From Pelagomonas calceolata (taxonomy: Eukaryota): a stretch of 64,000 nt of DNA. The notes beneath the pieces were generated by a model that did no database searches, had not been told where the DNA came from, and was given only the letters and a program-made list of their open reading frames with translations. The stretch is from NCBI GenBank assembly GCA_918797485.1, contig CAKKNE010000004.1, forward strand, positions 2,294,001 to 2,358,000, written 5' to 3'. Made by a program: the position numbers and the translations under genes. Below, piece by piece: positions 47,714 to 58,100 of the stretch; the first letter of the stretch is position 1; each line of letters begins with the position of its first letter.

Positions 47714-49579
47714 ATGGCCACGACGCGCCTCCACGTTGCCGGCCTCGCGCCTAACACGAGCGCTGACGACCTCCGCCAATTGTTTTCCGGCGTGGCGCGC
47801 GTCGCCAAGGCGACGATCCCGCCGCCGCGGGACCCGCAGCTGCCGCGCGGCTACGCGTTCGTAGAAGTGAACGCCGCGGACGCCGACGCCTGCGTCGCGG
47901 CCTACGACAACGCGACGTGGCGGGGCGGCCGCAAGCTCGCCGTCGCGCGGGCGCGGCCCGACTTCAAGCGACGGCGCGAGCTCGAGCGTGACGACGAGGA
48001 GGCGGCGCTGGCAAAGTCCGCCGACGCGCGGGCCGACCGGTTGCGGCGGCGCCGCGTCGTCGTGCGGCCGCCGCCGGCGCGCCGCGCGCCCTGCTTCCGC
48101 GGGCGTGTGTCGACGCGCTTCGCTAATATAGAGCCGGCGCCGCTCGCGGCCCTCGACTGGGGCGCCGTGCCGCGGCCGGTGCCACGGGCGCGGTCGCCGC
48201 GGACGGTCACGTCAACACCGCTTCCGCCGGAGGAGTCCGAGTCCGAGTCGGACGGCGGCGCGGCGACCGCGCTCGCGGCGCCGGCGTCGCCGGCGTCGCC
48301 GGAGGCGCCGGAATCCTCCGAGTCGGAGTCTGACGGCGGCGCGCCGGCGCTGCGCGCTTCCCCGCCAGCGCCGGCGCCGCGGGCGGATTCGGACGACGAC
48401 GGCGGCCCAGTCGACTTCGAGGCCGAACGGCGCCAGGCGCAGCGCATCTTCGAAGAGCTCCTGGCGCCCGCGGCGCCCGCAGCGCCCGACGATGTCGCAG
48501 CGCTGCGAGCGCGCGTCGAGGCTGAGCGACGCCGCGTGACCGCGCTTCGCGAGGCCGACGACGGTGACAGCTCGGAGAGCGAGAGCTCCGAGAGCGACGG
48601 CGATGGCGCGGGGCCCGATGCCGTCGCGGCGCTGCGCGCACGCGTCGAGGAGGAGCGGCGCCGCGTGGCTGCTCTCCGCGAGGACGAGGACAGCTCCGAG
48701 AGTGAGAGCTCGGAGAGCGACGGCGACGCTGCTCGCGAATCTGACCCTCTGGAGACGGAGAGCGAGAGCGACGACGGCGCGGCTCGTGAAGCTGATGCCC
48801 CGGCAGCGATGGAAGAGAGCGAAAGCGAAAGCAGCGGCGCGGCGCCGGCACCTCCATACGCACGCTCGGCGGCCGCGGCAGCAAGACTTGCGAGGAGAGG
48901 CGAGGAGCGCGACAGCGACACGGACGAGTCCGACGCGCCCCCGGAACGGGCCGAGAGCGAGAGCGGCGACGGCGCGGTCGCCACGGCCGACGACGCCGCC
49001 TGGGAAGATGCCCTCACCGCCGCCGCGGCGCCACCGCCCATGCGTGCCGCGAGCGCGAGCGACGACGACGACGCTGCCGACGAAGACGAGGAGCCCGCCG
49101 AGCCGCCCGCCGCCGCCCCCGCACCGAGCACGTTCAGCTTCGGCTTCGGGCAAGCGGAAGAGCCCGCACAGCCCTCGGATGGCGGGACCGTCCTGCCGGG
49201 CACGGCGTCGTGGCGCGCCTTGCGCGACATCTTCTCGAGCACGAAGAAGAAGGAGTTCGTCGGGTCGGACGGAACGTCCGTCGCGCTGCCCTTCGCGGCG
49301 GCCGGCGGCGCGGTCGCGCATAGCTTCGGGTTCGACGCCGAGGTAGAGGCGGTGGCGGAGGAGGAGGCGCCGGCGCCGGCGACCAAGGGCACGACGGGCC
49401 TCTGGGCCGGACTCGACAAAGCGCAGGCGTTGTCGCTGGCGTCGCTCCGCGCGGCCCAGGCCGATTCCGCAAAATTAGATGCGGCCTGGGAGGCCGAGAA
49501 GGACGGCCTGCAGCAGGCCTACAAGAAGGCCCACAAGAAGGCGGCCGCGCGGAAGCGGCGGCGACTAGGCGAGAAATAA
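47714..49579 (+). CDS. N-terminal RRM nucleolar protein, NOL8-like
   Basis: RLHVAGL, RGYAFVE, WRGGRKLAVARARPDF; acidic SESE repeats; C-terminal W...YKKAHKKAAARKRR. Confidence 0.65.
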   Translation: MATTRLHVAGLAPNTSADDLRQLFSGVARVAKATIPPPRDPQLPRGYAFVEVNAADADACVAAYDNATWRGGRKLAVARARPDFKRRRELERDDEEAALAKSADARADRLRRRRVVVRPPPARRAPCFRGRVSTRFANIEPAPLAALDWGAVPRPVPRARSPRTVTSTPLPPEESESESDGGAATALAAPASPASPEAPESSESESDGGAPALRASPPAPAPRADSDDDGGPVDFEAERRQAQRIFEELLAPAAPAAPDDVAALRARVEAERRRVTALREADDGDSSESESSESDGDGAGPDAVAALRARVEEERRRVAALREDEDSSESESSESDGDAARESDPLETESESDDGAAREADAPAAMEESESESSGAAPAPPYARSAAAAARLARRGEERDSDTDESDAPPERAESESGDGAVATADDAAWEDALTAAAAPPPMRAASASDDDDAADEDEEPAEPPAAAPAPSTFSFGFGQAEEPAQPSDGGTVLPGTASWRALRDIFSSTKKKEFVGSDGTSVALPFAAAGGAVAHSFGFDAEVEAVAEEEAPAPATKGTTGLWAGLDKAQALSLASLRAAQADSAKLDAAWEAEKDGLQQAYKKAHKKAAARKRRRLGEK

Positions 49580-49593
49580 TAAGGTGATGAGTG

Positions 49594-51882
49594 TTAGCAC
49601 CCGATCTCCCGAGGCGACGCGGGCCGCTCGGGCGACTGCGGCTTCGTGCAAACTCTGGAGGCTCTGGAGGGTGACGACGTGGTGGCCGCGTCGACGATGA
49701 TCTGCGTCGGCGGACTCGAGCGCGACGCGGGCGTGCCGGGCCGCGCCGGCGGCTGGACGGCACACAACGCCGCGACCGACTTGAGCCGTCCCCTTAAATC
49801 CAGATTCTCGGAACGCAGCCTTTCTAACCTAGTTTGCAAACGACGGTACTCCCACTCCAATTGTCTATAAGAAGGTGAATCCCGGTGGACCTCCGTCGTC
49901 GAAAAAGCCACCTTCCGCCGCTCCGGACTGCCGTCGTCGTGCCCCACGCCGTGGACGTCCCGGCCTATAGCTGAATTCGGCAAATTGTTCTCCGGAGCGA
50001 GTGCACCCAGGTCCCCGAAGGACCGTCGTCGTTCCGCACGCAGCGTCGCCCAGCAGTCGGCCAAACAAGACTCGAGCCGCACCATGCGCGTGATGCGGCA
50101 GACGTGGGGCCATAAAGCTCGCTTCCCGCCTCTTAAGTAGTGCTTCATGTCCGCGACGCTCGGGTTGCAAATCACTTTAAATCCGACGCTCTCGCCGAAG
50201 GTGAAGCGCGGAGACACCGTGACGTCGCCGTGGTACTTCTGCGAGAAGACTTTTCGCACGGAATTGCCATATAAAGTGGGCATCAGTCCCAATTGGGAAA
50301 GCATCGTCGCGCGCATCCTCACCGACAGTTCGGCGGCGCCGGTCCACCTTTCATAGTGCCTAGCTAACGACGGCACGGCCCAGTGCTCTTCGACTCGAGC
50401 GCTATCGTCCACAATAGGCTTGACGTGGAAGTTCACTTGCGCGACGACGAAGTTCGAGACGTTGAAGAGGGTCGCCATGCGCTTGAACGGGACATCTGCT
50501 TGGATACTACCATCAATCCACGACACGCCGTCGACCTCAAAAGGCCTTACGTTTCCTTGGTCGTCCTTCGCTTCGAGGCGCTGCGGCCGCATGATGCCCG
50601 GCAATGCACAAGATGCGGCCACCGCTGAACTCAGAGTGACGTGCGGCGTCGTCACGTGGTTCATGAGCAGTCTTTGCGCCGAACCGGCCCCTAAAACCCT
50701 CTGAGCTTGGACAGATATACATAAAACCTTCTTCGTGCGGTTGTAGGCCTCCTCGAAGGTGATCGTGCCCCAGTAAAAATCACAAACACGCTTGAACTGG
50801 TCCCGATCAACTAAAACTCTTTTCGAGGCGAACGTGACCAACTGTCTGAAGAGAGGAGGAAAGAAGTGCAATCCCTCGGACTTTTGCGTACCATCTCGCT
50901 TGTAGTCCGTCGACACGTGGGGCACCAAGATGTCCCGCAACAGCTCTTTGCGGGTCTTGCAGCCGAACATCGCCGCCATGATGGCACCACCGGAAGTGCC
51001 ACTAACAACATGTATATGTTCGTACAAACCGGCCTCGATCAACCCCAGGATGTGGCCGCCGTGGTACATGGTCACGGCGCCGCCCCCTGACAAGCATAAC
51101 GCCGTGACGCCGACGGTCCTCCTCACTTGATCGAAGAACCGAGCCTTCTCATCTACAGGTACACTTTGTGTGGCGGCGACCTTCTCCAGCGACGAACAGA
51201 CCTCGTCCAAGTAAGCATCCACAAGTCTTTTCGTCCGCAACGGCGACCGCGCGGGGTACCACTGCCGGTCCTCGATACCGAGGTGGTTTCGCTTCACGCA
51301 GCCCGACAGCGCGAACCGCAACGTCCGGAACCCGTCTCGCGACGAGGCGTCCCGGGCCGCCGCCAAATCGTCGATCGCTCGCCTTAAAAGAGCCGCGGCG
51401 GGCATGTCGCTCTCGTCGTCGACCCAATCATCTTCCGTTATTTCCGACGCGTTCCTTTCATATTCAGACCAGTTGTCCGCCGTCTGCAGCGCTTCTAACC
51501 GTCGCCGCCACGGCGGCTGGCGGTACCACAGCTTTGTTATCAAAGTGTACGCGTTCTTCGCGACCCGCAACAATATCAACAGTGATAGCGACAGCGCGAT
51601 CATCACCAATTGATAGACGACATAGACGCCCTGGATGCACGCCAGCACGAAGGACAGGCCCACCCAGAGCGCGGCTAAGGGCACTCTGACAAATAGCCCC
51701 GGCGCGAGGAGTAATATTAATGTAACGCAACTGACGGTCGCGGCGTTCCAGTACTTGTTCAGGGGCGCCGGCGTGTATTCATTCATGAGATCGTGGCGGT
51801 TCAGATGCTGGAGCTGCTGGGCGCGCTCCCCGATGAAATGCGCCGTCTGGTTCAGGAGGCGCTGTCCGGGGAACGACGGCAT
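49594..51882 (-). CDS. Patatin-like triacylglycerol lipase (SDP1/TGL3-5 family)
   Basis: ALCLSGGGA, VSGTSGG (GxSxG), SAVAASCALPG, WIDGS, LFNVSNFVVAQVN; N-terminal TMs. Confidence 0.92.
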   Translation of the reverse strand: MPSFPGQRLLNQTAHFIGERAQQLQHLNRHDLMNEYTPAPLNKYWNAATVSCVTLILLLAPGLFVRVPLAALWVGLSFVLACIQGVYVVYQLVMIALSLSLLILLRVAKNAYTLITKLWYRQPPWRRRLEALQTADNWSEYERNASEITEDDWVDDESDMPAAALLRRAIDDLAAARDASSRDGFRTLRFALSGCVKRNHLGIEDRQWYPARSPLRTKRLVDAYLDEVCSSLEKVAATQSVPVDEKARFFDQVRRTVGVTALCLSGGGAVTMYHGGHILGLIEAGLYEHIHVVSGTSGGAIMAAMFGCKTRKELLRDILVPHVSTDYKRDGTQKSEGLHFFPPLFRQLVTFASKRVLVDRDQFKRVCDFYWGTITFEEAYNRTKKVLCISVQAQRVLGAGSAQRLLMNHVTTPHVTLSSAVAASCALPGIMRPQRLEAKDDQGNVRPFEVDGVSWIDGSIQADVPFKRMATLFNVSNFVVAQVNFHVKPIVDDSARVEEHWAVPSLARHYERWTGAAELSVRMRATMLSQLGLMPTLYGNSVRKVFSQKYHGDVTVSPRFTFGESVGFKVICNPSVADMKHYLRGGKRALWPHVCRITRMVRLESCLADCWATLRAERRRSFGDLGALAPENNLPNSAIGRDVHGVGHDDGSPERRKVAFSTTEVHRDSPSYRQLEWEYRRLQTRLERLRSENLDLRGRLKSVAALCAVQPPARPGTPASRSSPPTQIIVDAATTSSPSRASRVCTKPQSPERPASPREIGC

Positions 51883-52067
51883 CGCTGCGCACCGCTGTTC
51901 CTCTCTGGCGAGATGATGGTGCTCTCCCTACTCCGCAACGCGCGCACCAATGGATGCAGCACGTTTCTTGAGCACTCGGCCGACAACTGTAGCTTCCGCG
52001 AAGCTAGCCTAGGCCGGAGGTGCCTCGCACGCGGCCCAGATCGGTGAGCGCACTAATGCAAAGGGGG

Positions 52068-52089
52068 CTAGCGGCCTGTAAGACACTAG
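52068..52089 (+). promoter_or_regulatory. CTAG-bracketed upstream motif copy
   Basis: CTAGCGGCCTGTAAGACACTAG, about 190 bp upstream of the lipase ATG. Confidence 0.75.
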
Positions 52090-52183
52090 CAAAAGCAAGA
52101 TTAAAACGCATCACGTCTATGAGGCCTCTCGAGAGGTGTACCTGGATCGATGTGCCAGAGAAATCACATCTATGCGGCACCTC

Positions 52184-53989
52184 TTAGCGCCGTGCTTTGC
52201 CGCTATGGGGGGCAAAAACGACATCATAAAATTCGAAATTAAATACTCGTCCACGAAGACTCGGAACTCGTGATTGGACGGTTCCTTCCAAAAAGTACAA
52301 TCGCGAAGCGACGAGCCGCGGGCCCGCGTCGCGGCCCTCACGGTTCCCGGCCGAGCATTTCGCCAGCGCCGCGTCGCCGCGAAGATCCGCGTTGAACGGA
52401 GGCGGGCTCGACGTCACGTCCACTGCCCTCGATCGCTCCGTGAGCATCGAGCGGAACTTCGCCAACGGGTCGCTGCACGCGCTCAGCGCGCTTGCAAAGA
52501 CGACCATGACCTTCTCGCGCGCGACGCGCGCCATTTTCGTCCGCGGGACGTACGAAGCGTCCTGCTCTCTGTCTAGGCGCTTTAGCGAGTCCGAGCGGAC
52601 GCCGGCGACGAGCGAGACCAGGGACCAGCTCCTTTCATGGCGCGCCTCGTCGTCGCGTAGCAGACACGCGCACAATGCCAACGCGTGATCGGGGCCGATC
52701 TGGGTGCCTTCGAGGCTAAACGTAACAACACGGAGCGAGGCGTTGGCGTAGTTCGTCCTCACTTTTTCGAGGGAGTACCACCCGGCCCCGCAGGCAGATT
52801 GACAGACGAACTCGTACGAGCAACCATCAACTGAGGCCGCGCAGCAGTCGCTGTGGTCCACAGTGTCCGCGACGCAGTCGGGGTCCGTCGCGGCCACCGC
52901 CGCGGCCGTCACCTCGGCGGGCACGCCTCTCACGCAGATGCATTCGACGACGTTCAGTCTTCGGAGCTCGTCGTACACGTCGCGCTCGGTGCTGGTCCAG
53001 GCGTCACCAGTGGAGTCGCAGCCCTCGCGGCAGATGACGACACCTTTGGCACCGCACCTCAAGCGCGCGATAACTTCCCCGCAGACGACGGCCATCAACG
53101 AGCCGCGGTCCTGTTTCCGGCGCTTTTCGTCGTTGGCCGGCACATTCTTGCGGACCTTCGGGTGAATCGGGTCATGAAAAATGTGCGGCACCACTTTGTC
53201 GGCGCCTCGCACCATGCGCCCGCCGTCGATGGCGAGGCGCACACCGCAGAGTTGCGCGATTTTGTCGCCGGACTGGTACACCTTCGCCATGTACCCAGGA
53301 ATCTCGGCCGGCTTCGAGCTGGGCCGCGTGTCAGCTAAATTGATCTCCCCTACGAGGCGGAGTCTTCCAAACAACTTCTCGAGGTCCCGCCGCCGTGACT
53401 CGGCGGGGGCCCGGCGCAGCTCCGCGTCGCCGCCGAAGGGCGCGTAGCGTTCAGGCCGCGGCGCCTCGCCGCCGCCGAACGGCGCGCCGCCCCCGGGCCG
53501 CTCGCCGCGCGACAGCGCGTGCGCCTCGAGGTCGTCGTCGACGCGCGGGCGCCGCGGCGCGGGCGGCGGCGGCGGCGGCGCGCCGTCGTCCGAGTCGAGC
53601 GCGTCGACGTCGATGGGCGTCTCCGGCGGCGCGCGCGGCGACGGCGGCGTCGGCGCGGGCGCGTCGTCGTCGACGTCGACGTCGATCGGTGCTTCGGCGT
53701 CGACGTCGATGGTTTCGGCTTTGGGGGGCTTCTTGCGCGGCGGCGGCGGCGCCGGGGCGGCGGCCTCGTCGTCCGACGAGTCCGAGGAGACGTCGTGCTT
53801 GCGCCGCTTCGGCCGCGGCGCGGGCGCCGGCGGGGGTTCGTCGTCGGACGAGGCCTCCGCGAAGCGCAGCTCGCCGTCCGACGACGCCGACTCGAAGAGC
53901 AGCTCGTCGTCGTTGTCTGGCGGCGGCAGCACGTTGGTGGGAGTCCCGTCGCCATTGTCGTCGGTCACCATCGATGCCATAGCGCTCAT
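52184..53989 (-). CDS. Hypothetical protein (acidic/Pro-rich N-terminus, globular C-terminus)
   Basis: 601-aa ORF; repeated IDVD (SIM-like) motifs. Confidence 0.65.
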   Translation of the reverse strand: MSAMASMVTDDNGDGTPTNVLPPPDNDDELLFESASSDGELRFAEASSDDEPPPAPAPRPKRRKHDVSSDSSDDEAAAPAPPPPRKKPPKAETIDVDAEAPIDVDVDDDAPAPTPPSPRAPPETPIDVDALDSDDGAPPPPPPAPRRPRVDDDLEAHALSRGERPGGGAPFGGGEAPRPERYAPFGGDAELRRAPAESRRRDLEKLFGRLRLVGEINLADTRPSSKPAEIPGYMAKVYQSGDKIAQLCGVRLAIDGGRMVRGADKVVPHIFHDPIHPKVRKNVPANDEKRRKQDRGSLMAVVCGEVIARLRCGAKGVVICREGCDSTGDAWTSTERDVYDELRRLNVVECICVRGVPAEVTAAAVAATDPDCVADTVDHSDCCAASVDGCSYEFVCQSACGAGWYSLEKVRTNYANASLRVVTFSLEGTQIGPDHALALCACLLRDDEARHERSWSLVSLVAGVRSDSLKRLDREQDASYVPRTKMARVAREKVMVVFASALSACSDPLAKFRSMLTERSRAVDVTSSPPPFNADLRGDAALAKCSAGNREGRDAGPRLVASRLYFLEGTVQSRVPSLRGRVFNFEFYDVVFAPHSGKARR

Positions 53990-54498
53990 GACAAAGCGCG
54001 TCGTCCGCGCTCGATTTGAATACTCAGCTCTCCTCTCAGCAGTCTAGTTTTTGGGTTGCTCCTGTCTCAGGAGCGGCGCCGCTGCTTCGAGACCACCAAA
54101 TCGGCAATAGCGCTGCTCGCGTGCTCCTTTCGCGTTCCTGAGAGCGCCCTCTACGCGCGGTGCTGATTCCGTCCACCAGCCTTGTGCCTTGCAATTGCCC
54201 AGTCCAGCTATCGACTTTGGAGGGAGCGGCTTACGCAACCCGCACGCGACCTAAGGGAAGGAAGGGAGGGCTCGAAAGAACTGCTCTTGAGGCCGGAACA
54301 CACCTCGGACTGGCTCAGATTTCAGGCGATACCCGCACGTTAACACAGCGCCCATCCTGCCGTCCTGTGGGCCGTGGGCGCGTCCGCGCGGCAAAAATAG
54401 AGGATGCGGAACCCGTCATTTGCGCGAGCTAAGCGCGCTTAGTTGAAAACTCGGCTGCCGGGGGCTGCCGGCCGGCCCAGACAGTAAGGGGTCCAGCC

Positions 54499-55933
54499 AT
54501 GGCCACACTTGAGGAGCGCAAGGCGAAGCGACGCGAGCAGAAGAAGTTGTACAAGCGAGAGGAAAGAGCACGGGAAAACGCTGAGAAAGCCAAGACGCAC
54601 GCTCGGATCCTGCATTTACGCGCCAACTACTCGAAAAAACGACCGCGCGCCGACGCCGACGACGCCGAGGACGCGCAGCCTGCCGCGGCGCCCCGGGCGC
54701 CGGCCGTGCGGCCCGTGGTCCCGCCGGCACGACCGCTGACGGCGACCCCGTCGCGGCGCCGGCGCACTCCTTCGCGAGACGAGGTTGTGGATGGGAGGCC
54801 ATCGCTGCCGCCGCAGCCGGCGCTCACTGCACCCGTGGAGCGCACGGAAGCTAGGCCGCCGTCCCCAGAGCCCACGGCGGTCCACGCCGTTCCTCCCGAG
54901 CCCGGGCCAAACGACACTGTCAGACTGCAATATACAAGGTCGGCTTGCATGGAAGCTGGGGACGATCCAGTGCAGGCGGGCACATACATGGGCATCGTCG
55001 TGGAGACAAAGGGCGCCAAGGCCAAAGTGTACTGGTACGAAGTCGACGGCGAGCCTTATCCTGGCGATTTGGACAACCCTTCGTGGGAGCTGATAGAAGG
55101 GCTGGAAGTGGTGAGCGTAGGGGACCACAGCTCTCGCTTCAGGAAGCCCACCGCCTTTTTGCACGAAAATGCTGCCGTTGTCAGCGACAACGAATCGGAC
55201 GACGACGATGACGACAACACGCGCGGTCGAAGGGCGAACTCCTCGAAGATTACGGCGGCCGCCAAGGCTGCCGGATTGGTCGTAGTGACACTCGAGCACC
55301 ACGGCAACAATTCTCACCGGAGGCGCACGCTGGGGCCGGGCGGATTTAAGCCTGATGCTGGAGATGCCAAGGCCATACGCTGCGTGCCTCTGTCAACGAG
55401 CCTACCACTTCTCGCGCACAGAGGACTGCCATTACATCGAGCACCCTACCCATGCGACGCCGCGTCATCAAAATTCGTGACACTTCGCTTCGTACGTCGA
55501 GCGCCAACCGTCGCCTCGCACGCAGGTCGAGGTCCCGCGCGAGACCGCCGCCGCGGTGGTCGTCGTGATCGACTCCCATGCCTTGGAGGACATCCCTGGT
55601 AAATCTCAGTACGCCACCAACCTCTGCAAGGCAGCTGGGACGCGCGGCGTGCCGAACTACCTCTTCCTCGTCCTCCCACAGGACGGGTCGTTCAATTTCC
55701 TCATGAACGAGCCGAACTACATGATCAACATCCCGCAATACCTCTTGCTGAACGTGCTCGCGAAACGGGCCGGCAAGAAGCTCTACAAGAAAAACGTAGG
55801 TTGCAAGTGGGACGCCGAGGACCTGAAGATCGCCGAGAAGGGCATGTGCGACGCCGAGGACCTCGTGAAGACGATCGCGCCGTACGCGCGCGCGCACGCG
55901 GAGAAGCTCGCCCAGGCCGTATCGCGCGAGTAG
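54499..55933 (+). CDS. Hypothetical nuclear protein with Tudor-like segment, 2 exons (54499-55383, 55526-55933)
   Basis: GT-AG intron 55384-55525 joins the two ORFs in phase (AIRC|VEVP); YMGIVV..KVYWYE..SWE. Confidence 0.6.
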
Positions 55934-55952
55934 CGGTGAGTAAGGACTACCT

Positions 55953-56075
55953 ACGAATAACGAATTCGGCCGCGACGAAGAACGAATTACGAATTTTTTG
56001 GCAGCGAGTTCCGAGAAACGAATTTCCTCAATTACGACTCCCGAGTCTTGCTCGACGAATTCTTATGACGAATTT
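55953..56075. repeat. Cluster of 7 ACGAAT(T) motifs
   Basis: ACGAAT at 55953, 55960, 55982, 55989, 56018, 56055 and 56068. Confidence 0.85.
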
Positions 56076-56098
56076 ATGATGTCGGTTTTGCCCCCTAG

Positions 56099-56133
56099 CT
56101 AGCGGCCTGCAAGACACTAGGGATGCCTAGCAA
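56099..56133 (+). promoter_or_regulatory. CTAG-bracketed motif with extra GGATGC-CTAG module
   Basis: CTAGCGGCCTGCAAGACACTAG GGATGC CTAG CAA. Confidence 0.7.
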
Positions 56134-56369
56134 CAAGTGCAGCTGCAACACAGGCCGCAAAGCAGAGCGCAAGCGGCAGTTTTAGAGCCGACGACCTATC
56201 ACGCACACCCATTCATTCACATATATCGACGCGCTGCAAGTGCTGAGCCACCGAGCCGCGCGGAACTAGCTCCGCTGCCAGCGAACTCTTCGGTGCCGCA
56301 AGAACTCGCTTGCGCCGCGAAGCCATCGCCGCGGGACAAACAAGACGCCTCGCCGCACGTAGCCGCACT

Positions 56370-57989
56370 ATGCCGCACCCGTACGCCATCGTAGCGCTAC
56401 TATCTACAGCCTCGGCGCTGCTGCCGCGCCTCGCGCCGCGACAGCAACGACGGGCACCCGTCCGCTTGGTTCTTGCAGGCCGGCAGCGCTGGAGCGACCG
56501 CCGGACGAACCAAGCGATCGTCAGCAAGTGGCGCCGATCGCCGGAGCCCGAGATTGTGTATGAGGTCGACCGCAAGTGCGTCGCGAAGCATTTACCGCGC
56601 GGCGCCGACGCGGCGTACCTCCGCGACGTGCTCAGCGACGCGTTCGGGCCCCTGGCGTCGGTCGAGGTCGCGCCCGGCGACGTCGCCTACGTCGTCTTCG
56701 AGCGCAGCGAGGACGCCGCCGCGGCCACAAAAACAAGCGTGCGCGTGCGGAGCGGCGCCGGCGAGCGGACGCTCGACTGCGAGCCCTACGTCCAGAGGCG
56801 CGACGCGCCGCGGGGCGCGTCGACGCACCTGGTCGTGGGCAACGTGCCCTACGCCTGCGGCGACGATTTATTAAGGCGCGTCTTCGCCGACGCGGGCTGT
56901 CCCCCGCTGCAGCTGCGGCGGCCGAAGGACGGCGTCGCGTTTTTGGACTTCAAGGACCGCGCGACGGCGGCGCGCGCCGCGCGGCTCCACGGCACGCGCG
57001 TGCTGGGGCGGGCGCTCCGCGTCGACTGGGACGTCGTCCCGGAGGCGCCGCGGCCGCGGGACCGCCCCCCGAAGAACGCGACGTCGCTCGCGTCGCACCG
57101 GCGGCCCCGGGCGCCGAAGCGCGCGGCGCCGAAGGCGGCCGACCCGCCTTCGGTGAAGAAGCGCCCCGCCGCGACGCGCCGCGCCGCGTCGGCCGAGGCG
57201 CGCGTCGGCGCCGCGCTGGCGCACGCCGAGACCGCCCGGGACCTCGCCGAGACGTCCGGGGAGACGGCGGCGCGCGCCGCGGCGGCGGCGGCCGCCGCAG
57301 CCTGGCAGGAGGCCGACGCGCTGCGCACCGAGAACCGGCGGCTGCGGAGCCGGCTGCCGCGGCGGGCCACGTGGCAGCCGGCGCCCTTCGAGGTCGTGCT
57401 CGGGCCGGGCGCGCGGCCGCGCGACGTCGTGCGCGCGCGCGTCGACAACGAGCGCGACGTCGAGATCGTCGTGCCCGACGGCGCCGGCGCGGGCTGCGTC
57501 CTGCGCGTGCGCGGCGCGCTGCGGTGCGAGGTGCCGCGCGGGTCCTACGTCGGCGCGCCCGTCGCCGTGCCGCTGCCGGAGGCGGACTCGCAGCTGCGGG
57601 TCGTCGTGGCCGTGCCGCCGGGCCGCGGCCCCGGCGACGCGCTCTACGTCGCCTGGCCGGTCGACGTCGTGAGCGTGCCCGGGGACCGGTCGCTCCTGCC
57701 GCCGCCGGCCGTGGCGCTGCCGCCGCCCCTCTCGGACGACCCGCCGCGCCTCGCGCCGCCGGCGGCGCACCAGGCGCTCGTGGCCGCGACGCCGGACCCG
57801 CTGTTGGACGAGGCGGCCGCGCTCCGCGACGAGAACGCGGACCTGAGGAGACAGCTCCTCGCGATGCGCCGCTTGCTGCGGACGACGTCGGAGCTGTTCT
57901 TGGCGTCGCAGGCGTCTGGAACGGACATGCCGCTGGCGCTCGGGGAGGGGGACGAGACGTGGGACGAGCCGGAGGAGGACTCGGCCTAA
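56370..57989 (+). CDS. Two-RRM RNA-binding protein with bipartite (signal + transit-like) leader, possibly plastid-targeted
   Basis: MPHPYAIVALLSTASA-L; VAYVVF; LVVGNVPY; VAFLDF..LHGTRVLGRALRVDW. Confidence 0.75.
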   Translation: MPHPYAIVALLSTASALLPRLAPRQQRRAPVRLVLAGRQRWSDRRTNQAIVSKWRRSPEPEIVYEVDRKCVAKHLPRGADAAYLRDVLSDAFGPLASVEVAPGDVAYVVFERSEDAAAATKTSVRVRSGAGERTLDCEPYVQRRDAPRGASTHLVVGNVPYACGDDLLRRVFADAGCPPLQLRRPKDGVAFLDFKDRATAARAARLHGTRVLGRALRVDWDVVPEAPRPRDRPPKNATSLASHRRPRAPKRAAPKAADPPSVKKRPAATRRAASAEARVGAALAHAETARDLAETSGETAARAAAAAAAAAWQEADALRTENRRLRSRLPRRATWQPAPFEVVLGPGARPRDVVRARVDNERDVEIVVPDGAGAGCVLRVRGALRCEVPRGSYVGAPVAVPLPEADSQLRVVVAVPPGRGPGDALYVAWPVDVVSVPGDRSLLPPPAVALPPPLSDDPPRLAPPAAHQALVAATPDPLLDEAAALRDENADLRRQLLAMRRLLRTTSELFLASQASGTDMPLALGEGDETWDEPEEDSA

Positions 57990-58100
57990 TTGATGTTTTG
58001 TTGAACTTGAAACTTGGCCCGGGGCGTGCGGTCACGCAGGGAGGCGCCGGCTCCGCAGCTAGGCTGCCTAGCTCTAAGCAAAGCAAAAACTTGACAAAAC

